Shown here in pieces: positions 18,178-28,088 of a stretch of DNA of 64,000 nucleotides. Every line of letters begins with the position of its first letter. The stretch's first letter is position 1. Made by a program: the position numbers and the translations under genes. The DNA lies in IMG/VR virus record IMGVR_UViG_3300007513_000001, positions 229,410-293,409 of that record, one strand, 5' to 3'. The notes beneath the pieces were generated by a model. It was not told where the DNA came from. It saw nothing but the letters and a program-made list of their open reading frames with translations, and did no database searches.

Positions 18178-19788
18178 TTATTGGCAAGACCAAATAGCAT
18201 AATTAATGTTTATAGAGCTTCCATCGGCAGGTGATATTGAGAAAATAATCGTATTAGAAGAAGCTTCATAAGACCAATCAGATGAAACTACTCCATCAAC
18301 AGTCACCTCTATAGTGTCTTCAATTGGTGTATCAGATAGTGCAAACGCTAGTTGAGCGAGTGATTCTCTAGCCAATGTATCCATTGTGCTGCTCCAATCC
18401 GAAGCGCATATTGACATGAAAGTTCCACCTAAATCGTTTACTACGTCATAATAACCATCGCCAAACTGCGCCCCTCCATTAGTGGAACATCCAGAAGGAT
18501 AATCTCCAGCAATTGCGTGAGCAACAACGAGGTCTGAAGAGCTTTTTAAAGTGGAAAGATTAGAAGAATAATCGGATGGTGACTTCGTAGGATCACGATA
18601 TGATTGGGATCCATCAGCTTCATCAGAAACATATACCACGACTAATCTTGCATCTGTTCGAAAAAATCCAGTTGAAGAAGTTGGAGAAGCATCTCCACCA
18701 TTGGTAGATTCATACGCTGCCCATAATCCAGCTTCAAGTGCGCTTCCCCTTGTTCCAATATAGTCGATTTGATCGTTGAATTCTGTTACAGGGTCAGGTG
18801 TCGAATTAGTAATAATATCGCCTACGAAATCAGGACTATCAGTAGTGATAAGCGCTATTTGATAAGAAACCCCCGCTGCGGAGAAAGCATTCATAAATGT
18901 GTCAAAGTTGTTCTGGAGATTTGTTTGATTTCCTCCCATGGATCCGGAGTTGTCAATAACAAAAAGAATATCTACGTCTACAGTTCCATCTTGTGTAAAA
19001 GAATCTGTTACCCAAGCCTCGACTTCTCCGAGTCCGTCTTGATCTGCAAAAGCCGTTGGTGTAGCTGGATCGTTAGACGAGATTTCTATATATGAAGCGT
19101 CGTCTAAAGTATCTACAGGGATATAATCTACATTAAGCTCTATTGTGTCTCCAGGAGAAACAGTGATAGGTAGTGCTCCCCATGAAGATTCATATTCTTG
19201 TATAGAAAAATCTACGGGCAAGCTGGCAAAAAACTCAATATCTGAAATTATAAGATTTGAGTTTCCGATATTTCCTATTTCTACTGGAATTGTATCATCA
19301 CATCCAAGATAAATTTTTCCGAAATCGTGGTAGTCTGGAGAAACTGTAATAACTGGTGCATCTCCAGATCCATCGAGAGTAACATTAACAATAGGCTCAT
19401 CTTCATCGTTAGAAACAATGCTAATTGTTTCGTAGTTAGTCTCATATGTCCCGGGAGAGTAAGAAACTATCAGAGCTACAGAGTTCAATGGCTCCACAAT
19501 GCCAGTCGGCATAGATGTCAACGCGAAATTAGAATTTCCACTATGAAGATATATGTTAGAAATGTTGAGATCACCATTGCCGACATTGTCAATATTGATA
19601 ATAACATCTTGAGTTTCACTCCCTGCGCTTAGCGCTCCATAGCTGTGATGCGTGGGGTCTACTTCAATTTCAGGTGCCGTAATTCCAGGCTCTGCAGGTT
19701 CAACGTCTGGAGATATTTTATAGTCACTAGTACAGCTAATTGAAAGCAAAAATAAAGAAGAAAAAAAGAATTTAGTCCACGTATACAT
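18178..19788 (-). CDS. lipoprotein with two Ig-like (choice-of-anchor D/ASH-like) domains and a VWA domain
   Basis: Lipobox SISC; two repeats with NVGNGDL/NIGNSNL and SNDEDEP/SNDPATP; MIDAS DILFVIDNSGSM; VYVSDEAD; SD GGAGG. Confidence 0.8.
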   Translation of the reverse strand: MYTWTKFFFSSLFLLSISCTSDYKISPDVEPAEPGITAPEIEVDPTHHSYGALSAGSETQDVIINIDNVGNGDLNISNIYLHSGNSNFALTSMPTGIVEPLNSVALIVSYSPGTYETNYETISIVSNDEDEPIVNVTLDGSGDAPVITVSPDYHDFGKIYLGCDDTIPVEIGNIGNSNLIISDIEFFASLPVDFSIQEYESSWGALPITVSPGDTIELNVDYIPVDTLDDASYIEISSNDPATPTAFADQDGLGEVEAWVTDSFTQDGTVDVDILFVIDNSGSMGGNQTNLQNNFDTFMNAFSAAGVSYQIALITTDSPDFVGDIITNSTPDPVTEFNDQIDYIGTRGSALEAGLWAAYESTNGGDASPTSSTGFFRTDARLVVVYVSDEADGSQSYRDPTKSPSDYSSNLSTLKSSSDLVVAHAIAGDYPSGCSTNGGAQFGDGYYDVVNDLGGTFMSICASDWSSTMDTLARESLAQLAFALSDTPIEDTIEVTVDGVVSSDWSYEASSNTIIFSISPADGSSININYAIWSCQ

Positions 19789-20659
19789 TATATCCCACCT
19801 CCACGAGAGATCCATAGTCTGGAGTAGTGTCAAGTTTTACCGTATTTGTTTCTTCTGTGTAAGTCCATTCATAAATTGGGAATCTGTCAACATAGACGAT
19901 AATTGATTCTAAAATAGGTTCCGGTTCGCTCAACTGGATAGAGTTTTGTTGTTGGGTGAGATAAGAAGATTCCGATAGCCAAACCGACCAATCGTCGGTT
20001 TGCAAGTCTACAGTATCTTTTCCATATAGGTTAGCTAGCTCAATATATTTGAATCCTATTTCTTGAGCCCAACCATTCCCAGTTCCATCGTCTGGATTTA
20101 CAACACAGACTACATCATGTCTTACATCTTGAAATTCGTCATGCATCCAATCGTAGAATAAATCAGAGGTGATAGCGCTTTGTTCATCTTCATCAGAAAT
20201 CAAAAATAACAGAAAGTCCGCCTCTTGACGCCTGAAGTCGTATAAATCTATGTTCGAAAAAAAAGTATAAGTAGAAGCAAAACCTTCTTCTGGCATTGTC
20301 ATTGGAAGAAGGCCAGGCGCCATGAGCATGTCAATCGCTGAAGACGATGCATCATACGGGCCTGTATAAGATAGGTTGCTTGGGTCCATGGTAATATACC
20401 CAAATCGATAGTCAAGAGTGAGAGATTCAATATCTGCTCTCAATATATCCATTCCGTCTGCAACATCGTCATAATTGTCGCTCATAGAACCCGAGGTATC
20501 TAGTACGACTAAGACATCTAGCTCTTCTAGCTGTACTGGTTGAATATAAGAGTCAACAACTACTCTTACTTCGTGGTTATCAGTAACTTGATAATCGGGA
20601 GAGCATCCTACTGAAAAGATAAAAAATAAATAAGCTGCAATTTGAAAAATTGTTTTCAT
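19772..20659 (-). CDS. VWA-domain lipoprotein, paralog of 18178..19788
   Basis: Lipobox SVGC; LDVLVVLDTSGSM; LISDEDEQS; shared C-terminal W.Y....NT module. Confidence 0.8.
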   Translation of the reverse strand: MKTIFQIAAYLFFIFSVGCSPDYQVTDNHEVRVVVDSYIQPVQLEELDVLVVLDTSGSMSDNYDDVADGMDILRADIESLTLDYRFGYITMDPSNLSYTGPYDASSSAIDMLMAPGLLPMTMPEEGFASTYTFFSNIDLYDFRRQEADFLLFLISDEDEQSAITSDLFYDWMHDEFQDVRHDVVCVVNPDDGTGNGWAQEIGFKYIELANLYGKDTVDLQTDDWSVWLSESSYLTQQQNSIQLSEPEPILESIIVYVDRFPIYEWTYTEETNTVKLDTTPDYGSLVEVGYNVYVD

Positions 20660-21447
20660 AAGCTTCTAAGTGTGTCTTTTATTCTTCTTACTTCGCTTCT
20701 AGTTAAAGGGCAAATATAAACTAAAGTTTCCAGAGCTTGCGGCCGGCCAGCAAAGCTCTCTACTCCCAGAGCCCAAACTAAACCCGTTAAGTTTCCGCTA
20801 GAGTCGAAAACTCCTGCGCCGCTTGAACCTGGCCAGACAAACCCTTGTACTAAAATTGAGTTGTTGTAGTTTGTTGCGGTTCCGCTAACGATTCCAGTAG
20901 AAGTAAGGAGATTGTATGAGCTGGGGTAACCAGTATATACTACTTCGCTCCCTACAAGCCAATCTTCTACGTCTTTAAAATCTAAAGATACTGGAGTAAG
21001 ATTTCTCATTCTGGGAACTGAAAGAACCGCAATATCATAATTCTCAGAAACATAAACCGTGTGAGCAATTGTAGAAAAAGAGTTTTCACTGCTTATTAAA
21101 AGAACAGCTTCGTTATCTACAACATGTTTGGCAGTAAGAATATAGTAAGATCCTTGAAATTTAAAATATGTTCCGGATCCATGTCCCATGGTGTGTGCGC
21201 GATCTTGAGTCGGGAGCTGTGCTAATTTATGTACTTTAACTGCAGAATCTCTGCTAAGCCTATGGTGAAAATCTAAAGATCGCAATGAAGCTTGCTCTTG
21301 AATCAGCATAGGGCTATCGGCAGCTTCTGTTTGCGGCGCTTCCGGGGTGCTGTCAATTATTAAATTTTTGTCTTTCGCTGTGACTCCAACCAAGATAGCA
21401 AAAGTGAAGAATGAAAAGATTATAAGCCTTTTGACTAGTTTAGACAT
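20656..21447 (-). CDS. trypsin-like serine protease, exported
   Basis: Signal anchor; ILTAKHV, YDIAVL, PGSSGAGVF catalytic triad motifs. Confidence 0.88.
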   Translation of the reverse strand: MSKLVKRLIIFSFFTFAILVGVTAKDKNLIIDSTPEAPQTEAADSPMLIQEQASLRSLDFHHRLSRDSAVKVHKLAQLPTQDRAHTMGHGSGTYFKFQGSYYILTAKHVVDNEAVLLISSENSFSTIAHTVYVSENYDIAVLSVPRMRNLTPVSLDFKDVEDWLVGSEVVYTGYPSSYNLLTSTGIVSGTATNYNNSILVQGFVWPGSSGAGVFDSSGNLTGLVWALGVESFAGRPQALETLVYICPLTRSEVRRIKDTLRSL

Positions 21448-21597
21448 TGCGGGGACCTCTATAAATAGTTATTCAAAAAAAGAGGTCAAAGAACCCATAT
21501 CCTAAATTTTTTTATAATCATTAATATAATTGGAAGTAATGTTGGACACAAGGGTACCCTTTTGAATAGTTAATAAGGAAAAAAGGTTTCAAAAAAA

Positions 21598-22818
21598 ATG
21601 AATGAACAAACGCTCAGAAGATTTATTCGCCAAGAAATAAAATCTCAGAAAAAATTAATCAACGAAGAGATGATCTATTATGACAGGGGTGAGTTTTTTG
21701 ACGCCTTTATCGGACCGTGGATAAATGTTCTTAAAGTAATAAAAAACGAAAGTCAAAAAACTTTAGCAAATGTTAAGACTTCTTTTCAAATATTTTTTAC
21801 TCTTAATGATAAAAAAGCAAAAGAAATTCTAGCAAAAAATAGAGACAGAGTCAAAGCGATCAACGCAAAAACTGATGCTATTTTAAAAACAATGCCGATA
21901 AGTAACGATTTCGCTGCCGCTGCTTTTATTATGAATCCTGCCGCTTTTTTAGTTGCGAATCACGGAGCTGATTTTGCGAAAGGAACCGTAGATTATTTGA
22001 AGGGCGCTGGATTTGGCGACTTTTTACCCGAAGAGGGAGCTTATGAAGCAGAAAAAAGAAAGCAGGGTGACAAAGGCCCAATTGCTAAAGCTCTTCAAGG
22101 CTTAGAGCAAATCTTTCTTCTCGCTGGCGCAACTAATCCAGGGCCTTTATTATCAGAACAAGAAGCAGAACAAGAAGAAAAACCTGAAGAAGCTGCTGAA
22201 GAAAACGAAATATCACCCGATCTTATAATGAGAGCCATGGAAGAAACGGGAGACTTAAAGAAAATAAGCAGCTTGAAAAAAGAAATGCTCAATTCCTTCT
22301 TTGAGGGTAGCGATGGCATCAACGCTATTCCAGAATTAGCTTCGAGTCAAATAAAGTTTCTAAATGATTTAGCAGCTTCTACTAATTTAAAAGAATTAGA
22401 ATCGGGGTTGCAAAAATTTAAAACCGCTGCTCCAGAAGCAGATTTAGGTGATATTGCTAAGCTGCCAGAGACGCTTAAGAATGATGCTATAAACATTTCT
22501 AAAAATGAAGAAGCTATGGAGAAAATCAATAAGACATTCCGCGAAGAAAAAGGCTTGAAAGAAGATGAAGAAATAAACACTTCAGAGATGGAAGAATATA
22601 TCAGCAAATTAGCTTTCGGCCAAGCTATGTCTAGCGTACAAGAAGGAGCAAAAACAAATATACAAAATATAGTTAAATGGGCTCAGGGATCTATAGATAG
22701 TAGTGTAAAAGATTTGATAGATGGAATGAAAGAGGCCACACCCGGAGTCAAGATCGACGCAAATGACCCAGAGCTCAAGAAGCTGATATCTACCGCTAAA
22801 AGTAAAATATCTGCTTAG
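21598..22818 (+). CDS. hypothetical protein with leader, probable virion component
   Basis: MNEQTLRRFIRQEI..LINEE leader; internal LLSEQ. Confidence 0.75.
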   Translation: MNEQTLRRFIRQEIKSQKKLINEEMIYYDRGEFFDAFIGPWINVLKVIKNESQKTLANVKTSFQIFFTLNDKKAKEILAKNRDRVKAINAKTDAILKTMPISNDFAAAAFIMNPAAFLVANHGADFAKGTVDYLKGAGFGDFLPEEGAYEAEKRKQGDKGPIAKALQGLEQIFLLAGATNPGPLLSEQEAEQEEKPEEAAEENEISPDLIMRAMEETGDLKKISSLKKEMLNSFFEGSDGINAIPELASSQIKFLNDLAASTNLKELESGLQKFKTAAPEADLGDIAKLPETLKNDAINISKNEEAMEKINKTFREEKGLKEDEEINTSEMEEYISKLAFGQAMSSVQEGAKTNIQNIVKWAQGSIDSSVKDLIDGMKEATPGVKIDANDPELKKLISTAKSKISA

Positions 22819-22878
22819 TTTATCGTAAGTTAACATTTTTTCTTTGTGTTTAAAATAGACATACAACAGGAGATTTAT

Positions 22879-23244
22879 ATGTCTAAGCAAGACCAACCTT
22901 CGAGATGGGTACCAGAAATAATGTACGAAGAAGCCGGCGATGGTCTTTCTTCTCACATTCCTTTTATTCAAGTTCCATCTGAAGAAGACATGCCACGCAT
23001 GTTATTTATTTTTGAATCAAGAGAAACTGGCGAATTTGAACCTGGACAAAACGGTGAAGATTTACCAGTGACTGAGTTAGACTTGCACCAATATGCAGAT
23101 ATGGCAATTCTTAAAGAAAATCTACAATCCGCCGAGTACGATAATGTGAGACTTGCCCTCGGTCTCGAACCCCTGGTAAGCGCTTTAGAAAAGGGTAAAA
23201 AAGTTACGCAGAATATTAGACAAAATCTTGAAAATTCTCACTAA
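22879..23244 (+). CDS. hypothetical protein
   Basis: ATG 22879 after SD AGGAG. Confidence 0.7.
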   Translation: MSKQDQPSRWVPEIMYEEAGDGLSSHIPFIQVPSEEDMPRMLFIFESRETGEFEPGQNGEDLPVTELDLHQYADMAILKENLQSAEYDNVRLALGLEPLVSALEKGKKVTQNIRQNLENSH

Positions 23245-23256
23245 ATGTAGTATAAT
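23228..23256 (+). promoter_or_regulatory. sigma70-type promoter
   Basis: TTGAAA-N17-TATAAT upstream of 23281. Confidence 0.55.
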
Positions 23257-23280
23257 ATCCTTAATATAGGAGGATATTTA

Positions 23281-23931
23281 GTGCAGCCAATTTCAAAACA
23301 AATGTCTCGTGCAGCTCTGGAAAAAATGTCAAATTTTCATGAAGCTATTCGCAATCTTTATGCAGAGCAGAATCTTGAATTTTTCGAGGATTTGGGCCGG
23401 AGAAATATTCTGATGTCTCGACCGCAAGAAAAGTTTTTTGCAGAAGAACTTAAGAAAAAATATCCGCTTGCTCATGCAGATGGCAAAACAGGCCAGCCCG
23501 ATATTATAGTCCCAGAAATTGACCGAGAAATAGAGTGCAAAATTACTTCTAAAGGAAAATCTGGAGGCTGGAGTCTACAAACAGATTACAACACTCTTAA
23601 ATCTAAGGGCAGTTTAGATTATCTTTATGTGCTATGTAGTCCCGAGTTTGATCAATTTTCAGTTCTTTATTTCGAGGGCCTCGATATTTCTGATTTTAGA
23701 AATCCATCTCCAGGATCCCGCGGAAAGTCTCAAATGGTTCTATGGAAATCTATCAAGAAATGTACCGTACTTTGGGGCGAGATAGAAAATATAAGCGATG
23801 AAAATCGAGAAAAAGTAGAAAAACTCATAGCGCAAAATCCAAGCGATTACGATATGAAAAAATTGATTAAACGAAAAAACTTTTGGAACACTTCGCCAGA
23901 TCGGTTTAGATTTATTTTGAAGGGGATCTAA
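23281..23931 (+). CDS. PD-(D/E)xK restriction-endonuclease-like protein
   Basis: GQPDIIV...EIECKITS; SD GGAGG; GTG start. Confidence 0.55.
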   Translation: MQPISKQMSRAALEKMSNFHEAIRNLYAEQNLEFFEDLGRRNILMSRPQEKFFAEELKKKYPLAHADGKTGQPDIIVPEIDREIECKITSKGKSGGWSLQTDYNTLKSKGSLDYLYVLCSPEFDQFSVLYFEGLDISDFRNPSPGSRGKSQMVLWKSIKKCTVLWGEIENISDENREKVEKLIAQNPSDYDMKKLIKRKNFWNTSPDRFRFILKGI

Positions 23932-24368
23932 TGAAACAATATGAAGTCGGTTCAATTTTGTATTTGATACCAGAGTCTAATTTTATGTCTATACCTGTTC
24001 AGGTTGTAGAAGAAGTCATTAGAAAATCTATAAGTGGCGAAACTATAGATCACTATGTTCAAATTCCAAACAAAGAAGAACGGGTTTTATTGCGAGATAT
24101 AAAAGCTGATATTTTTCAAGATTTAGAAGAAGTAAAGACGCACCTATTAGAATTAGCTACGAGAAAAGTAGAAAAAATTATATCTCAAACTGAAGAATTA
24201 ACTCTCCAAAATTTTGAAGTAGTTGTTAAAAAATCGAATTCTACTAAAAAAAATAATCGTAGATCCAAAAAGAAATCCGGGGCTCTGAAATCAAACCAAA
24301 TAGAACTGGGCAATGGGCAAAAAGCTAATATTGTAATGTCTGATGAAATACGGGAGATTCTTTCATGA
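23931..24368 (+). CDS. hypothetical protein (SH3-like N-terminus)
   Basis: YEVGSILY start; overlaps neighbours. Confidence 0.65.
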   Translation: MKQYEVGSILYLIPESNFMSIPVQVVEEVIRKSISGETIDHYVQIPNKEERVLLRDIKADIFQDLEEVKTHLLELATRKVEKIISQTEELTLQNFEVVVKKSNSTKKNNRRSKKKSGALKSNQIELGNGQKANIVMSDEIREILS

Positions 24369-25186
24369 AAGTTCTAGTTTTAGACGGCTACAATCTTTTA
24401 CATCGATCGCGATGGTCGATGGCTGCAAAGCGTGCTGGAGAATACGGCATGACGTTTGCTTTTTTTAGGTCTCTTAAAACTCTGGTGGAGAAGTTTGAGC
24501 CAGATAAGATTTATTTCGTTTTAGAAGGGTATCCAAAATCCAGACACTCTACAGTTTCAGATTATAAAGCTAATAGAGAAAAGATGACTGATGAAAGTTT
24601 CATTACTCAGAAAGATGAAATTATAGAGATTTGCAAAACGTGCTTTCCTTTAACAGTTATACGTCATCCCGACTACGAGTGTGACGACACAATTGCTTAT
24701 CTAGCTAGAGGAAGGCACCTCCACGACAACGTGACAATTGTATCGACAGACACAGACTTTATTCAGCTTTTGCAGTGTCCAAACGTGTCTCTATACAACC
24801 CTATTAAAAAGCAATTTTTAGAGAATCCCCCTTACAATTATGTTCACTGGAAAGCATTAAGGGGAGATTCTGCTGATAATATTTCGGGATTCTCTGGGAT
24901 CGGAGATAAGAGGGCTGCGAAGATTTTAGAAAGCCAAGAGTCTTTTTTAAAGTTTATGAAAACTCAAGAAATTAGAGAAAAATTTGCAACTAACTGTTTT
25001 CTAATAAGTCTGCATGATTATCTTTTAAAAAATGATTTAGAAAATTTGGAAGAAGTTGAATCTGAGTTTAGCTGGAAGCAGTGCCGAAAGTTTTTCTTAA
25101 AGCGAGATTTTAATTCAATGACTAAATCTCAATATTCGAAAACTTTTGAACGAGTTTTTAACAGAGTAGGAAAACAAGATGAATAA
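24365..25186 (+). CDS. 5'-3' exonuclease (PolA N-terminal / T4 RNase H-like)
   Basis: LVLDGYNLLHR, YECDDTI, STDTDFIQL, ALRGDSADNISGFSGIGDKRA (H3TH). Confidence 0.92.
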   Translation: MKVLVLDGYNLLHRSRWSMAAKRAGEYGMTFAFFRSLKTLVEKFEPDKIYFVLEGYPKSRHSTVSDYKANREKMTDESFITQKDEIIEICKTCFPLTVIRHPDYECDDTIAYLARGRHLHDNVTIVSTDTDFIQLLQCPNVSLYNPIKKQFLENPPYNYVHWKALRGDSADNISGFSGIGDKRAAKILESQESFLKFMKTQEIREKFATNCFLISLHDYLLKNDLENLEEVESEFSWKQCRKFFLKRDFNSMTKSQYSKTFERVFNRVGKQDE

Positions 25187-25367
25187 TTTAAACGAAGATA
25201 TTATAGCTCTATTGAGGAGTGGAGGGTATATTTCTAAAGATGAAATAGCTTATAAGAAGGGTGATTTACTCATAGCTGAAAATGTTATTTCAAGTGAGAA
25301 AAGAGTGTTGGATAATGTTCCAAGTACGGTTGTGGAAGCGAACAGCAAGAGAATCTTAAAGGGATAA
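25179..25367 (+). CDS. small hypothetical protein
   Basis: Packed between exonuclease and groEL. Confidence 0.65.
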   Translation: MNNLNEDIIALLRSGGYISKDEIAYKKGDLLIAENVISSEKRVLDNVPSTVVEANSKRILKG

Positions 25368-25372
25368 TTTAG

Positions 25373-26992
25373 ATGCAGATTAATAAGACTCTGCTTTTTG
25401 ATGCTGAGGCTAGAAAAGAGATATTAGATGGCGTTGAGACTATAGCAAAAGCAGTAAAGAGTACGATGGGACCAAACGGTCAGACGGTAGTTATAGAAAG
25501 AGAAGGAGCTCCGCCGATCTTAACTAAAGACGGCGTTACGGTTGCTCATGCTGTAAATTTGAGCAGCAATTTTAAAAACCTTGGAGTTCAAATGGTCAAG
25601 CAAGCAGCTGCTCAAACTGCTGAAGAAGCTGGCGATGGCACAACTACTTCGACTGTTTTAACTCACACTCTAACTGCTGAAGGGATGAAATTAATTTCGG
25701 CGGGGTATAAGAGCTCTGAAATTAGAGCTGGTATGAAATGGGCAGTAGAAGAAATTTTGAAAGATCTTGAAAATAGATCTCAACCAGTTCGCGAAGATGA
25801 TGACATAATCAACATCGGGGCTATTTCTGCTAATGGAGATAGAAAGATTGGAGAGCTCTTGCTAGAAGCAATGAAGTCTGTGGGTCCAGAAGGAGTAATT
25901 TCTATTGAAGAAGCGAAAGGGTTTACTACTTCTTTGAAAACAGTAGACGGATTCCAGCTTGACAGGGGATACATTTCTCCATATTTTGTGACTAATCACG
26001 ATAGACTGAGTGTAGAATTTTCTAATCCAAAAATTTTGTTAGCCAATAAGACAATATCTAGTGTAACTGAACTTTTGCCACTTTTAGAACAAGCTCACAA
26101 AAATTCGATTCCATTAGTTATTGTAGCTAATGACGTAGACGGAGAAGCTTTAAAAACTTTGGTGGTTAATCACTCAAAGGGAATAGTGAAAGTTTGTGTT
26201 GTGAGGGCGCCAGAGTTTGGGGATGGCAGAGTAGACAGCATGAGCGATCTTTCTTTATTGTTCGGCACTAAGGTGGTTTTTTCTGGAGAAGAAATACATC
26301 AAAACATAGAAGATTTGGGAACATGCGAAAGAATAGAAGTGTTTAGATCTAAATCTATTTTTGTTGGACCGTCTTGCGAAGATTCTGATTTAGAAGATAG
26401 AGTATCCAATATTCAAAACATGCTAATTTCTCCAGAAACTGAAATAAATCAAAAACTTCTTTTGTCTCGAAGGTTAAGCAGATTGCAGGGCGGAATTGCA
26501 GTTATTAGAGTTGGCGGACATACAGAGCTAGAATTAAAAGAGCGAAAAGATAGAGTTGAAGATGCGCTCCATGCAACTCAAGCTGCGGCCGCTAAAGGGA
26601 TTTTACCGGGTGGCGGAATTGCTTTAGTCAGATCTTCAAGAAATATATTAGATAGGTTTGAAGATATTGCTCCATCGGGCTCTACTGAAGATTTCGGCGC
26701 CGGAGTAAGAGTTGTAATGTCGGCTTGTGAATCTCCGCTCCGTCAAATAGTTTCAAATTCCGGCGGAGCTCCAGATGTAGTATTTAATAGAGCTCTCAAT
26801 CCCGAAGAAGCTGATGAAGGATATGATGCCCGGAAAGGCGAGTTTGTTAATATGTATAATAGGGGTATCATCGATCCCTATAGCGTTGTAAGCTCTGCTT
26901 TGAAGAATGCATGCTCAGCAGCATGTTCAATTATTTCTATCGGATGTGCAATGGTTGAGGAAAAAGATGCAAGTATTGATAAATTAAGTTGA
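25373..26992 (+). CDS. groEL: chaperonin GroEL, divergent
   Basis: TKDGVTVA, AGDGTTT, ISANGD, DRGYISPYF, LQGGIAVIRVGG, RKDRVEDAL, PGGG, GIIDP; no GGM tail. Confidence 0.97.
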   Translation: MQINKTLLFDAEARKEILDGVETIAKAVKSTMGPNGQTVVIEREGAPPILTKDGVTVAHAVNLSSNFKNLGVQMVKQAAAQTAEEAGDGTTTSTVLTHTLTAEGMKLISAGYKSSEIRAGMKWAVEEILKDLENRSQPVREDDDIINIGAISANGDRKIGELLLEAMKSVGPEGVISIEEAKGFTTSLKTVDGFQLDRGYISPYFVTNHDRLSVEFSNPKILLANKTISSVTELLPLLEQAHKNSIPLVIVANDVDGEALKTLVVNHSKGIVKVCVVRAPEFGDGRVDSMSDLSLLFGTKVVFSGEEIHQNIEDLGTCERIEVFRSKSIFVGPSCEDSDLEDRVSNIQNMLISPETEINQKLLLSRRLSRLQGGIAVIRVGGHTELELKERKDRVEDALHATQAAAAKGILPGGGIALVRSSRNILDRFEDIAPSGSTEDFGAGVRVVMSACESPLRQIVSNSGGAPDVVFNRALNPEEADEGYDARKGEFVNMYNRGIIDPYSVVSSALKNACSAACSIISIGCAMVEEKDASIDKLS

Positions 26993-26995
26993 TTT

Positions 26996-27025
26996 TGTAA
27001 AAATTGCCAAGTATTATGGTATAAT
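26996..27025 (+). promoter_or_regulatory. conserved promoter, copy 2 (sigma-factor operon)
   Basis: TGTAAAAATTGCCAAGTATTATGGTATAAT. Confidence 0.75.
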
Positions 27026-27052
27026 ATCTATATTAACAAAAGGAGAAGGGTT

Positions 27053-27331
27053 TTGAGCCGTAAATATAAATCCAATTCACGAGACAGGTCAAATCTCAGG
27101 GCTTCAGAAGAAATTGTTTATCTTCCGGAGTATGAGGTATCGAGGCGATATGAGTCGCTAGTTCGCCTTATTGAAGGCCGAGGTTTTTCTAAAAGGAAGA
27201 GACAAGAGCTAGAAACTGAAGCTTGTTATCTTTTTAGAGAGCTCGAGTACAGAAAAGCAAGAAAAGTTGCACACTCTATGTATCTTAAAAATCTTAACAA
27301 CCGGAAAAGTGGAGGATATCGACGTGGCTGA
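27053..27331 (+). CDS. basic hypothetical protein
   Basis: TTG start after AGGAG; overlaps sigma gene start. Confidence 0.7.
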   Translation: MSRKYKSNSRDRSNLRASEEIVYLPEYEVSRRYESLVRLIEGRGFSKRKRQELETEACYLFRELEYRKARKVAHSMYLKNLNNRKSGGYRRG

Positions 27332-28085
27332 TTTGGCATCATATTTTGAACAAGTGGGAAGAACTGCCCTTTTAACTAAAGAACAAGAAGTTCAGCTCTC
27401 GCAGAGAATTGAGAAGGGCGACCGCCAAGCTAGGGATCACATGATTCAAGCGAATCTTAGGCTAGCAATCTCAATCGCTAAGAAATACCAGCACTCTGGA
27501 TGCTCTTTGGAAGACTTGATTCAAGAGTCGTCAATGGGTCTCATCAAAGCTGTTGATAGATTTGATTGGCGAAAAGGCTTTAAGTTTTCTACTTACGCAT
27601 GTTGGTGGATTAAACAAGCGGTGAGAAAGCACGTAGCTTCTCATTCGGGATCGATTAAACTTCCTACTCACGCTAAAAATCTTTTGTGGAAAGTCCAGTC
27701 TACTTCTAAAGAATACGAAGAAGAGTTTGGAGTTGCTCCGACTATGGAAGAACTTTCGGATTTGCTTGGAGTAAAAAAAGATACTCTGGAATCTATTATC
27801 ATGTCTTCACGATGGACTTTGTCTCTTGACAAAGAGATCGGCAACAAGAATGAGGGGGGTTCCAGAACTCTCAAGGAAGTCATTCCAGATGATAAAGAGT
27901 CTTTTGAGCTTAGTCTAGACAAAGCAAAAATTTCTCAAATTATTAGAGAAGCTTTTTCTCATCTTTCGCTAAGAGAAGAAAAGGTTTTGCGACTGCGTTT
28001 TGGAATCGATGAAATTTCTGGTTCTAAAAATGAGTTTTATTTGACCAACGAAGAAATTTCAACTATGAAAAAGAGGAGAGCATAA
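27324..28085 (+). CDS. RpoD-like sigma70 factor lacking region 4.2
   Basis: GTG 27324 after GGAGG; LLTKEQEVQL (1.2), ANLRLAISIAKKY (2.1), DLIQESSMGLIKAVDRFD (2.2), FSTYACWWIKQA (2.3/2.4), region 3, LSLREEKVLRLRFG (4.1), then stop before the HTH. Confidence 0.9.
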   Translation: MADLASYFEQVGRTALLTKEQEVQLSQRIEKGDRQARDHMIQANLRLAISIAKKYQHSGCSLEDLIQESSMGLIKAVDRFDWRKGFKFSTYACWWIKQAVRKHVASHSGSIKLPTHAKNLLWKVQSTSKEYEEEFGVAPTMEELSDLLGVKKDTLESIIMSSRWTLSLDKEIGNKNEGGSRTLKEVIPDDKESFELSLDKAKISQIIREAFSHLSLREEKVLRLRFGIDEISGSKNEFYLTNEEISTMKKRRA

Positions 28086-28088
28086 ATC

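Noticed and set aside
21551-21562. Palindrome aagggtaccctt between divergent genes
   Set aside because: Single short copy; possible operator but no second instance to support it
27267-27323. Upstream TTG start for the sigma factor
   Set aside because: GTG 27324 has a GGAGG SD and coincides with the start of region 1.2 homology
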